Shown here: piece after piece, positions 1 to 8,725 of the stretch
How positions within the stretch are numbered: the stretch's first letter is position 1
How the letters are laid out: every line of letters begins with the position of its first letter
Origin: an uncultured Acidobacteriota bacterium
GTDB taxonomy: Bacteria > Acidobacteriota > Thermoanaerobaculia > Gp7-AA8
Direction of reading: 5' to 3'
NCBI GenBank assembly: GCA_963822445.1
Contig: CAWGHO010000002.1
Location: forward strand, 1,984,001-2,048,000
Length of the DNA stretch: 64,000 nucleotides
Translations under genes and position numbers: made by a program
Notes under the pieces: model-generated
The model's input: only the letters and a program-made list of their open reading frames with translations
Databases searched by the model: none
What the model was told of the DNA's origin: nothing

Positions 1-183
1 CCCATGCCGCGCAGCGAAGTGACGAAGAAGGTGTGGGACTACATCAAGTCCAACGGCCTTCAGGACCAGACGAACAAGCGCATGATCAACGCCGATGACA
101 AGCTTCGGGTCATCTTCGGCGGCAAGGATCAGGTCTCGATGTTCGAGATGACCGCGCTCGTCAATAAACACCTCAAGGCGTAA
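1..183 (+). CDS. SWIB/MDM2-domain protein, 3' part (5' end outside window)
   Basis: Frame 1 reads PMPRSEVTKKVWDYIKSNGLQDQTNKRMINADDKLRVIFGGKDQVSMFEMTALVNKHLKA*, matching the SWIB pattern (W.YIK...LQD..NKR.I..D.KL). Not in the ORF track. Confidence 0.9.
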   Translation, partial: PMPRSEVTKKVWDYIKSNGLQDQTNKRMINADDKLRVIFGGKDQVSMFEMTALVNKHLKA

Positions 184-202
184 CGAGACGCATCTCCGGT
201 AT

Positions 203-235
203 ACACGACGGGCGGCGGGTAGCCGCCCGTTGTGT
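203..235. terminator. Hairpin between convergent genes, probable bidirectional terminator
   Basis: acacgacgggcggc-gggta-gccgcccgttgtgt, 14-bp stem with G-U pairs, lying between stops at 183 and 238. Confidence 0.7.
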
Positions 236-237
236 TT

Positions 238-597
238 CTATTTGGAGGAGAGGACGAAGATGTTCCCCTCCGAATCCTTGAACATGGCCGACGTGCCCCA
301 CGACTCGGCCTTCGGCTCCTGCGTGAACTCCACGCCGCGGCCGGCGAGCTCGTCGAAAGTCTTCTGGACGTTGTCGGTCTGGAAGACGATCGGCTGAAAC
401 CCGCCCGGTTCTTTTCCCATCTGCTTGAAGAGGACGAGCCGCGTCTCGGCGCTGCCGATCTTCAGCTCGATCCATCTCATCCCTTCTCCGAACTCCTGGT
501 CGGTGGCCACTTTGAACCCGAGCTTCTTCGTGTAGAACTCGAGGGCCCGGTTCTCGTCTGCGACGGCGATACTGGCGAATTTGATCTGTGTAATCAT
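238..597 (-). CDS. VOC/glyoxalase family protein
   Basis: MITQIKFASIAVAD..RALEFYTKKLGF...FKDSEGNIF pattern. Start moved to the ATG at 597, which has TACATT 7 nt upstream. Confidence 0.85.
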   Translation of the reverse strand: MITQIKFASIAVADENRALEFYTKKLGFKVATDQEFGEGMRWIELKIGSAETRLVLFKQMGKEPGGFQPIVFQTDNVQKTFDELAGRGVEFTQEPKAESWGTSAMFKDSEGNIFVLSSK

Positions 598-671
598 GCC
601 GAGCAATGTAGGCGCTAACTCTCGATGTTTCAAGGATCTGCGTCAAGGCTATAATGGTGAAAACTATAGCG

Positions 672-971
672 ATGACTGAGACAGTCGAGATCGACCGCTA
701 CATCCTGGAGACCCTCCTCGGCGACCTTGTCGGCCACGACCACGCCCCGTCGGCGTATGTCGTCTACCTGTATCTGTGGACGCGCACCTTTGGCAGCGGC
801 GAGAAGAGTGTCCGGGCCAGCCACCAGACCATCGCCGCGGATACGGGCTTCTCCAAGAGCGGCGTTCAGGCCGCGCTCCGGCATCTGAATCGGCGGAAGC
901 TGGTGCGGTCGGTGCGGGAGACGCAAACCGCGACGCCGGAGCACTTCGTTTTACGGCCCTGGCGCCGCTAG
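672..971 (+). CDS. Small helix-turn-helix DNA-binding protein
   Basis: ASHQTIAADTGFSKSGVQAALRHL HTH segment. TATAAT at 650-655; start is 654 or 672. Confidence 0.7.
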   Translation: MTETVEIDRYILETLLGDLVGHDHAPSAYVVYLYLWTRTFGSGEKSVRASHQTIAADTGFSKSGVQAALRHLNRRKLVRSVRETQTATPEHFVLRPWRR

Positions 972-983
972 GACCTGCTTGCC

Positions 984-1090
984 AGTTTATCCCGCGCGAA
1001 GACGCGGGATCTCCGCGTGCACCGGCAGCGCAGACGGTTCACGCGACGTCGGTGCACCGGGAGATCCCGCGTCTTCGCGCGGGATAAACT
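984..1090. repeat. REPIN-like element copy 1 (perfect 31-bp inverted arms, each arm itself palindromic)
   Basis: 984-1014 agtttatcccgcgcgaagacgcgggatctcc is the exact reverse complement of 1060-1090. Confidence 0.9.
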
Positions 1091-1097
1091 CGTGCGC

Positions 1098-2282
1098 TCA
1101 CGACAGGAGTTTCTCGACAGCGCCGATCGTCGGCTCGATCTCCACGATGTTCTCCGCGCGGTAGTTCGCCTCGGGGTCCTTGAGGATGTGTCCCGTGAGG
1201 ATGCAGACGACGCGATCCCGCTCGCTCATCACACCGGCAGCGCGCAGTTTGTGCACGCCGGCGAGGGTCGCGGCCGAGGCGGGCTCGCAGCCGATGCCCA
1301 TACGATCGATCTCGTTCTTTGCGGCCATGATCTCCGCGTCAGTCACCTGTTCGACCACGCCGTCGGTTTCCCGGATCGCGGTCACGGCCTTGTCGTGGCT
1401 GACCGGATCGCCGATGCGGATGGCGCTGGCGATGGTCTCCGCCGTCACGCGATGGCGAGTCCCGAACGACTCCTGGTAGCTGCGGAAGAACGGATTCGCT
1501 CCCACTGCCTGAATCGAAGCGAGCCGGGGCATGCGGTCGATCCAGCCGTTGGCGAGGGCTTCGCGGAGCGCTTTGCCGAAGGCGCTGGTGTTGCCGAGGT
1601 TGCCGGCGGGGACGACGATCCAGTCGGGCGATTCCCAGCGCAGGTCCTGGAGGAGCTCCCAGATGATCGTTTTCTGCCCTTCGATGCGCCAGGGATTGAT
1701 CGAGTTGACCAGGTAGATGCCGAGGCGGTCGCAGGACTCGCGCACCAACCGCATGGCGGCGTCGAAGTCGCCGCGGATGGCCAGCGCCGTGGCGCCGTAC
1801 GCGAGGGTCTGGGCGAGCTTGCCGCTGGCGACCTTGCCCGCGGGAACGAACACGATCGCGCGAAGACCGGCCTGCCCGGCGTAAGCGGCGAGCGACGCGC
1901 TCGTGTTCCCGGTCGAGGCGCAGGCAACCGCGGTTGCACCGACGCGAACGGCCTGCGTCACGGCGACGGTCATGCCGCGGTCCTTGAACGAGCCCGTCGG
2001 ATTCTCCCCTTCATGTTTGAAGTAAAGACCGTTGCGCTGGTAGAGCCGCGTGCCGCCTTCGGGATGGGTGACGACGCGCTCGACGTGCATCACCGCCTCG
2101 CGGAAGCGCCAGACGCCGCTGACGTCGATGGGCGCACGCGAGGTCAGGCGATCGTCGAAGGCGTTGCGATCGAGAAGCGAGTTCCGCTCGACGGACAGCA
2201 GACCGCCGCAGTCGCAGGTGTAGCGGACGTCGAGCTCGCCGTACCGTTTCGCGCAGGCGATGCACTGCAGCCACTCGCTCAT
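1098..2282 (-). CDS. thrC: Threonine synthase
   Basis: KHEGENPTGSFKDRG PLP-lysine motif, ASTGNT, PAGNLGN, N-terminal Cys pairs; downstream of thrB. Confidence 0.95.
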   Translation of the reverse strand: MSEWLQCIACAKRYGELDVRYTCDCGGLLSVERNSLLDRNAFDDRLTSRAPIDVSGVWRFREAVMHVERVVTHPEGGTRLYQRNGLYFKHEGENPTGSFKDRGMTVAVTQAVRVGATAVACASTGNTSASLAAYAGQAGLRAIVFVPAGKVASGKLAQTLAYGATALAIRGDFDAAMRLVRESCDRLGIYLVNSINPWRIEGQKTIIWELLQDLRWESPDWIVVPAGNLGNTSAFGKALREALANGWIDRMPRLASIQAVGANPFFRSYQESFGTRHRVTAETIASAIRIGDPVSHDKAVTAIRETDGVVEQVTDAEIMAAKNEIDRMGIGCEPASAATLAGVHKLRAAGVMSERDRVVCILTGHILKDPEANYRAENIVEIEPTIGAVEKLLS

Positions 2283-3178
2283 GCCCGCCGCACTCCTTCC
2301 CTGGCGATCGCTCCGATGTGCACGGTCGACTCCACTTCGCGAAAAGCGCGCCGCATCGCGTCAGCGCAGACGCGCGCCGATGCTTCGTTCTCGGCGATGG
2401 CGAAGAGCGTCGGACCCGATCCGCTGATCGAGCAGCCAAACGCGCCGGCTTCCAGCGCCGCGGTCTTCACGTCGTAAAAGTGGGGAATGAGGTCCGCCCG
2501 CCGTGGCTCGGCGTACCCGTCATCGAGCGCCCGTCGCAACAGGGCGCCGTCGCCGATTGCGAATGCGTGGACGAGAGCGGTGGTGTTCGCCATCTGCTGA
2601 ACCCACGACGCGCGATCGGTTTCGTCCGGCAGGAGTGCGCGGGCATCCTTCGTCTGAATGCGAACGCGAGGAGTGACCAGAGCGATCCACCAATCGGCAG
2701 CGACGGGGAGTTTGATCACGTCGATGGGATCGACGCTGCGCGCGAGCGCGAGGCCGCCGACGACGCTCGGGGCGATGTTGTCGAGATGTCGCCCCGCCAC
2801 CGCGGATTCGCTTTCGAGCGCGGCGGCGATGATGTCCACGTCGCGATTCATCGCCAGCGCGGCCGCACACGCGCCGGCCACGCTCGACGCCGCACTCCCA
2901 CCCATCCCGCCCGCCAGGGGCAGACCTTTGTGAATCGTGAGGATCGCGTTGTACCCGCTGCCGCGGAGAACGGCGGCGGCCGCGATCGCCGCGCAATTGT
3001 GTTCGGGATCGCGTGGGACGAGGTCGGCGTCGATGCCCGTCACGTCATCGATCCGCGCTGCACCTTTCGTGAGCTCGACCGTGACCCGGTCGCCGATTCC
3101 ATCGACGGCCAGGCCGAGGACGTCGAAGCCGGGGCCGACGTTACCGATGGAGCCGGGGGCGTAGGCGGTGGCTTTCAT
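2279..3178 (-). CDS. thrB: Homoserine kinase
   Basis: MKATAYAPGSIGNVGPGFDVLG, KGLPLAGGMGGSAAS, ISGSGPT. Own ATG at 3178 overlaps the true thrA stop. Confidence 0.93.
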   Translation of the reverse strand: MKATAYAPGSIGNVGPGFDVLGLAVDGIGDRVTVELTKGAARIDDVTGIDADLVPRDPEHNCAAIAAAAVLRGSGYNAILTIHKGLPLAGGMGGSAASSVAGACAAALAMNRDVDIIAAALESESAVAGRHLDNIAPSVVGGLALARSVDPIDVIKLPVAADWWIALVTPRVRIQTKDARALLPDETDRASWVQQMANTTALVHAFAIGDGALLRRALDDGYAEPRRADLIPHFYDVKTAALEAGAFGCSISGSGPTLFAIAENEASARVCADAMRRAFREVESTVHIGAIAREGVRRA

Positions 3179-5713
3179 CGCTGCGTTTTTCGCCGCTCGT
3201 GCATCGTGATCGCGACGATGTCGTTCAGCACACCTGCGGCGGTGACGCCCGCTCCGGCACCCGGCCCGGTCACGACGAGCGGATTCGTCGAATACCGCTT
3301 CGACTGAATGACCACCGTGTTGTCCGTGCCGCGCAGGCGACCGAGCGGCGAAGCGTGATCGACGGCTTCGACGCCGACGCGAATGGCGCGCTTGCCGATC
3401 TTCGCGACATACGCGAAGCACCTTGCCATCGCGTTTCGCGCGCGCGACGCGATCGGCGAACTCGGCATCGAGGGCTGTGAGTTTGTCGACGAACCGCGCC
3501 GGATCGTTGTCGTCGACGTTGGCGCCGAACAGAGGCTCCAGAGCGATGTCGCTGAGCTCGAGCCGCCGGCCGAGCGTACGCGCGAGGATCAAGGCCTTGC
3601 GCGCGACGTCGGTGCCGGAGAGATCGTCGCGAGGATCCGGCTCGGTGTAGCCGCGCTTCCAGGCCTCGCGCACAGCGTCGCTGAACCGCTGGCCATCTTC
3701 GAGGGCGGTCATGATGAAGCCGAGCGTCCCCGAGAACGCACCGACGATCGTTTCGACGCGATCCCCGGCATCCTGCAACTTGGCGATCGTGTCGAGCACC
3801 GGCAGTCCCGCGCCGGCGGTTGCCTCGTAGCGCAGCGACAGGCCGCGATCGCGCGCGGTCTGCATCAGCCGGTCGAATTCGATCTGCGAAACCGCCAGCG
3901 GCTTCTTGTTCGCCAGTACGACGTGAAAGCCATGCTCGAGCGCTTCCTGAATCAGCGGCGCGGTCTCATCGGATGTGAGATCGACGAGGATCGGCCGGTG
4001 CGAAGGCAACAGCCACAACTCCTCGGACATCATCTGCTGCAGTTGCGTGAGCGTGAGCGGTGAGTCTCGATCAAAGAGACGCGTGCCCGACGCCTTCTGC
4101 TTCGCCAGTTTCTGCAGCGCCGCGGCGGAGAATCCCTTCTCCTCGACGCGGATCCCGGAACGGTCGGCGAGCGCGATCACCTTGATGTCGAGGCCGAGCT
4201 CCTGGCGCAGATGTTTTTCCTGTGCGCGAAGCTGCGCGGCGAGCTCGCGGCCGATCTGGCCAAATCCGAGGAGCGTCAGCTTCGATTCGCGGCCCGACGT
4301 GTCGGCAAGCGGATGCAGGCGATCGAGTTGATATTCGTTGTGCAGCGCCTGCAGCGCTCGCGTCGCATCGGCCTCGTCGATGGCGATGGTGATGTTCAGC
4401 TCCGATGAGCCCTGAGCGATGGCGACGACGTTCACCTGCGCGCCGCTGAGCGCGGAGAAGGTGCGCGCGGCGATGCCGGGCTGGCCGCGCATGCCCAATC
4501 CGACGACGGCGATCAGCGCGACTTCATGCACGGGGCGGATGCGATCGATCAGCTTCGACTTCCGCTCCATGACGAACGCCTCTTCGAGCGCGGCCACGGC
4601 ATGCGCGGACTCGTCGTCGGGCAGCACGAAGCAGATGCTGGCTTCGCTCGAGGCCTGGCTGATCATCGACACGGAGTGACCGGCATTCGAAAGCGCGGTG
4701 AACGCGCGGCCGGCGACGCCGGGCACGCCGATCATGCCGCTGCCTTCGATCGAGACCATGGCCTGTTTGTGAATCGCCGTGAGGGCCTTGACCGGATACG
4801 CGCCGGGCTTGACGTCGTCGGCGATGCGCGTGACCGAGCCCTCCCGGAACGTGTTGCGGACGAAGAGCGGGATCTTGCGATCGACGAGCGGAATCATCGT
4901 CCGCGGATGCAGAACCTTCGCGCCGTAGAACGCGAGCTCCGCCGCTTCGCGGTAGTGCAGCTCGGAGAGCAATCGCGCTGACGGAACGCTTTTCGGATCG
5001 GCGGTCATCAGGCCGTCGACTTCCTTGAAAAGCGTGACGGAAGTCGCGTGGACGCTACGGGCGAGGATTGCGGCCGAGAAATCGGAACCGCCGCGGCCGA
5101 GGGTTACGACTTCGCCGTCGGGGCCGCTGCCGAGGTAGCCGGGCATGATCACCGCGCGTCCGCTTTCGATGATCGGCAATACGAGCTTTTTCGCGTTGCG
5201 CTCGCAGCGCGCGAGGTTCGGCCAGAGGCGGTTCAGACGGCGCTCGGTGACGATGACCTCGGGCGCGTCGACGTACTCCGCGGCGATCCCCTGCTCGGCG
5301 AGGATCTCCACGAAGATTTGCGCCATCAACCGCTCGCCGCGGGCGACCAGCGCATCCTTTGCGCGCGGGGTGAGCTCGCGCAGAACGGCAATGCTGTCGG
5401 CCATGGAGCGCATCTCGTGCGACAGGTCGGAGACGAGCGAATGCAGTTGCGCGGCGCGCGCGCGGTTCGTGATCAGCGCGTCGATGAGCTCGTCGTGCCG
5501 CATCTCGAATTTTTTCGCAGCGGTGATGTAGCCGGCACGGTCGCCGTTCAGCGCGGACTGGCCGGCGGCGAGCAGGAGGTCGGTGACCCCGTTCGCCGCG
5601 GAAACGATCACGGCCACGCGCGGCGCGGCACGGCGAACGTGCTCCACGGCCACGCGAATGGCCTCAGATGAGCCGACGGCAACGCCGCCGAATTTGAAGA
5701 CCTGCAGAGTCAT
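3175..5713 (-). CDS. thrA: Bifunctional aspartate kinase/homoserine dehydrogenase (one +1 frameshift near 3412)
   Basis: KFGG, TLGRGGSDFSA, two ACT domains, GFGQIG, ANKKP, YEATAGAGLP, GYTEPDPRDDLSG. The C-terminus (GPGAGAGVTAAGV) continues in ORF 3175..3468. Confidence 0.92.
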
Positions 5714-5728
5714 TGGACGAAAGGGGCG

Positions 5729-5738
5729 ATGCTAGCAT
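5729..5738. promoter_or_regulatory. Palindromic bidirectional -10 element (ATGCTAGCAT)
   Basis: Reads TAGCAT on both strands; 7 nt to ATG 5746 (+) and 15 nt to the thrA start (-). Confidence 0.55.
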
Positions 5739-5745
5739 TTCGGCG

Positions 5746-6033
5746 ATGGGGGTCCAGATGAGCGCAGCAGCGGGAGCAGCGGCAGCAGCAATGATGCAGG
5801 CGGTGCGGGCGATGGGCGTGATCGTGAAGATGAAGCCGGAGGATTTCGTCCGGATCCTCGAGCGCGTCCCGGAACCGCTCGTGGTGCGCGCGCCACACGG
5901 GATCTTTTCGAAGAAGACGAACTACATCGTCAGCTACAAAGGATTCGCTTTCTTCACCGTCTCGAAGGACGAGCTGCGCTTGCCGCCGTCGGCAGAAGTC
6001 ATCAGCGCCGATTCGATGTACGTACCCGGTTAG
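5746..6033 (+). CDS. Small hypothetical protein with Ala-rich N-terminus
   Basis: Fills the space between thrA and the next ORF, genome-like codon usage; function not recognised. Confidence 0.7.
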   Translation: MGVQMSAAAGAAAAAMMQAVRAMGVIVKMKPEDFVRILERVPEPLVVRAPHGIFSKKTNYIVSYKGFAFFTVSKDELRLPPSAEVISADSMYVPG

Positions 6034-6038
6034 CCGCC

Positions 6039-6542
6039 ATGCCTGGCATTGCCGACGACCGCGGCTACGCGCTGCAGCTTGCGCGCAGATACTTCGACGA
6101 CCGGAACGTCGAGATCGCGACCGTCGTCGCGACGTTCACCGACTCCACCGATCCGCTCATCCATCGCTTGGTCGGCCTGATGGTGAACGAACCCGCCCGC
6201 GCCGGAAAGTTCATCACCGTGTCGCAGCGCGATTACGAACGAAACTACTGGCCGCAGGTGGCCGCGGTTCTGTCGGAACTGGAGAAGGGAGAGGCCGGTG
6301 TCGTTCCGCCCCCGCCGCCGGTCACGCGCAAACGGTTGTTCTGGATCACGGTGCTGGCGGTGATGGTCACGCTGTCCGCGGTGGACAATCTGCGCGATTT
6401 CTACCGGCACATCACCGGCCAGAAAGAAGTGCACGTCGCCTTCGCGGCGCTGGACCTCGGATTCGGCCTGCTGCTGTCCGTCCTTGCCATTGCCGGAGTG
6501 ATCCGACTCGTGCAACTGATTCGCGTCTACCGATCGCAGTGA
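6039..6542 (+). CDS. Hypothetical membrane protein (two C-terminal TM helices)
   Basis: Pro-rich linker followed by two hydrophobic stretches. Confidence 0.65.
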   Translation: MPGIADDRGYALQLARRYFDDRNVEIATVVATFTDSTDPLIHRLVGLMVNEPARAGKFITVSQRDYERNYWPQVAAVLSELEKGEAGVVPPPPPVTRKRLFWITVLAVMVTLSAVDNLRDFYRHITGQKEVHVAFAALDLGFGLLLSVLAIAGVIRLVQLIRVYRSQ

Positions 6543-6549
6543 GAGAGCG

Positions 6550-7242
6550 TTAGCGCTTCACGCCGCGATACAGATACGCGATCCCAAAGGTCAGCGGAAT
6601 GTAGTCGATGGATGCGAAGTCGACCGACTCGCGCATCAACTGAACGAAATCCTCGCCGCAGGGGAACCGGCCCGCTGATTTCTGCAGGTATTCGTACGCG
6701 TCTTTTTTTCCGGTGACGAGGCCGCCGAGGCGCGGCAGCAGGTGGCGCGTGTAGACGTCGTAGAGCGCGGCGAAGACGCGGTTCCGCGGCTGGCCGAACT
6801 CGAGCACGATCACCCGGCCGCCGGTCTTCACCACGCGCGCCATCTCGGCGATGCCTTTTCGGGGCTCGTTGACGTTGCGGATGCCGAACGAGATCGTGGC
6901 CACCTCGAAGGTTGCGTCCTCGTACGGCAGTCGCGTGACGTCGGCGACCTCGAACCGGACCTCTTTCGTTTTCGCGCGAGCGAATTCGAGCATCTCCGGC
7001 ACGAAGTCCGTTCCGATGACCTGCGCGCCGGCGGCTTGAAAGGCGATGGCCAGGTCGCCGGTCCCCGTCGCGCAGTCGAGCACGCGATCGCCCGGTTTCA
7101 CAGCAGCCGTCTTCACCGCGCGGCGCCGCCAGAGGTGATGCACGCCCCCCGAAAGAATGGTGTTGGCGCGGTCGTAGCGCGAGGAGATCGACGCGAACAT
7201 GCTGCGGATGCGCGTCGGGTCGGGGCCGGAGTAGTTGGTCAT
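6550..7242 (-). CDS. menG: Demethylmenaquinone methyltransferase (UbiE/MenG)
   Basis: MFASISSRYDRAN..LSGG.H..WRR, VLDCATGTGD, ISFGIRNV; divergent from the men operon. Confidence 0.92.
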   Translation of the reverse strand: MTNYSGPDPTRIRSMFASISSRYDRANTILSGGVHHLWRRRAVKTAAVKPGDRVLDCATGTGDLAIAFQAAGAQVIGTDFVPEMLEFARAKTKEVRFEVADVTRLPYEDATFEVATISFGIRNVNEPRKGIAEMARVVKTGGRVIVLEFGQPRNRVFAALYDVYTRHLLPRLGGLVTGKKDAYEYLQKSAGRFPCGEDFVQLMRESVDFASIDYIPLTFGIAYLYRGVKR

Positions 7243-7256
7243 ACAATCTCGCGCCA

Positions 7257-8315
7257 ATGTCGCGCGACTTCGCGTTCGTGCAAACGGCTCCCGGCCGCGT
7301 GTTTGTCGGGTGGGGACCGTTCGAACAGCTTCCCTTCCGCAGGCCGGAGCGGCCGGCATTCTACGTCACCGATTTTTTCCTCGATGACCCCCATCCCTGG
7401 CGCCATCCGGCGGAGTGGGAGGAAGTGTCGACGGAGGAGCTGGCGGCGCGATTCGCGACGGACGAAGTGCCGCGGGTCGAGTGGGATCCGCCCGCGAGAG
7501 AAGACTTCCAGCGGATGTTCGCCTCGGCGCAGGAGGCGATGGCCCGCGGCGAGTTCGCGAAGATCGTTCCGGTCCTGTTCGAATCGGGCCGCTTCACCGA
7601 GCGGGGCGAGTGGTGGCGCTACTTCTTCTCGCGGCTGGCGACGTTGCCGCCCGGTTTGTGGGCGTACGGATACTCGTACAAATCACACGGCGTGATCGGC
7701 GCGACGCCGGAGCTGCTCTTCCAGGCGGAGTGGCATGGCTACCGGACGATGGCTCTTGCCGGAACACGGCCGGTCGCGCGCGCGGAAGAGCTGCTTCACG
7801 ATCCGAAAGAACGGCGCGAACATCGCCTGGTCGTCGACGACATCGCCCGGCGGCTCTCGCCGTTCGGCAATGTCGAGATCGGGCCGGTCGGGCTCCTGCG
7901 CCTTCCGAGCATCGCCCATCTCATCACTCCGATTTTTTTCGCGGAGAGCGGCGGCGCGGAGAAGATGTCGTTCACCGAAATGGTCCGTCGCCTTCACCCG
8001 ACCGCCGCCCTCGGCGTCTCCCCGCGCACATCCGCCGGTGAGCGGTGGCTGCGCGAAGCCGATCGCGGCGTGAAACGGCGGACGTTCGGAGCGCCATTTG
8101 GAGTCGAGCGCGAGGACCGGTCGGCGCTGGCGCTGGTGGCGATTCGCAACGTGCAGTGGGAGGGGGATCGCGTGCGGATCGGGTCGGGTGCGGGCGTGCT
8201 CGCGGAGAGCCAGCTCGATCGCGAGTTCGAGGAGCTGCGGCAGAAGCGCGACCAGGTCAAGGCGCTGTTTCAGATCGAGTCTGCATGGACAACATCGATT
8301 CAGCGCGGCGCCTGA
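7257..8315 (+). CDS. menF: Isochorismate synthase
   Basis: GATPELL, MALAGT, KERREH.LV, LHPTAALG, GSGAGV chorismate-binding motifs. Confidence 0.88.
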   Translation: MSRDFAFVQTAPGRVFVGWGPFEQLPFRRPERPAFYVTDFFLDDPHPWRHPAEWEEVSTEELAARFATDEVPRVEWDPPAREDFQRMFASAQEAMARGEFAKIVPVLFESGRFTERGEWWRYFFSRLATLPPGLWAYGYSYKSHGVIGATPELLFQAEWHGYRTMALAGTRPVARAEELLHDPKERREHRLVVDDIARRLSPFGNVEIGPVGLLRLPSIAHLITPIFFAESGGAEKMSFTEMVRRLHPTAALGVSPRTSAGERWLREADRGVKRRTFGAPFGVEREDRSALALVAIRNVQWEGDRVRIGSGAGVLAESQLDREFEELRQKRDQVKALFQIESAWTTSIQRGA

Positions 8316-8725
8316 TCGAAGAGGTCCGCCGCCTCGGCGCGCGCGACTTCTGCGTCTGCGCCGGCTCGCGCAACAGCCCGCTGCTGGCGGTTCTGGGCAC
8401 GGACGTTTACTCGTTCGTCGATGAGCGCTCCGCGGCGTTTTTCGCCATCGGACGTTCGAAACTGCACGGCGCGCCGGTGGCGGTGGTGACGACGTCCGGA
8501 ACGGCGGCCGCGGAACTGCTGCCCGCCGCGATCGAGGCGTATTACTCGGGCATTCCTCTGATTCTCATCACCGCCGACCGGCCGGCGCGATTCCGCGGAA
8601 CCGGCGCGCCGCAGTCGATCGAGCAGATCGGTCTCTTCGGCGTGTACGCGGAAATCGCGCTGGAATCGTGGAGCGGCGCGCGTCCGCTGCATCTCAACAT
8701 CGAGTTCGATGAGCCGCTTCTCTAA
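8285..8725 (+). CDS. menD: SEPHCHC synthase, N-terminal (Pyr) domain
   Basis: CAGSRNSPL, DERSAAFFAIG, TTSGTAAAELLPA, TADRP; ends HLNIEFDEPLL*. Confidence 0.88.
   Translation: MDNIDSARRLIEEVRRLGARDFCVCAGSRNSPLLAVLGTDVYSFVDERSAAFFAIGRSKLHGAPVAVVTTSGTAAAELLPAAIEAYYSGIPLILITADRPARFRGTGAPQSIEQIGLFGVYAEIALESWSGARPLHLNIEFDEPLL

Noticed and set aside
984-1090. Resemblance of the arms (here and at 37737) to type I-E CRISPR repeats (GAGTTCCCCGCG...GCGGGGATAAAC)
   Set aside because: Only two units per locus, inverted rather than direct, with homologous spacers between loci and no cas genes or leader.
2279-5713. 1144-aa ThrA-ThrB triple-function fusion in the ORF track
   Set aside because: A +1 base near 3412 shifts ThrA into the thrB frame. 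The conserved HSDH C-terminus is intact in another frame and stops over thrB's own ATG.
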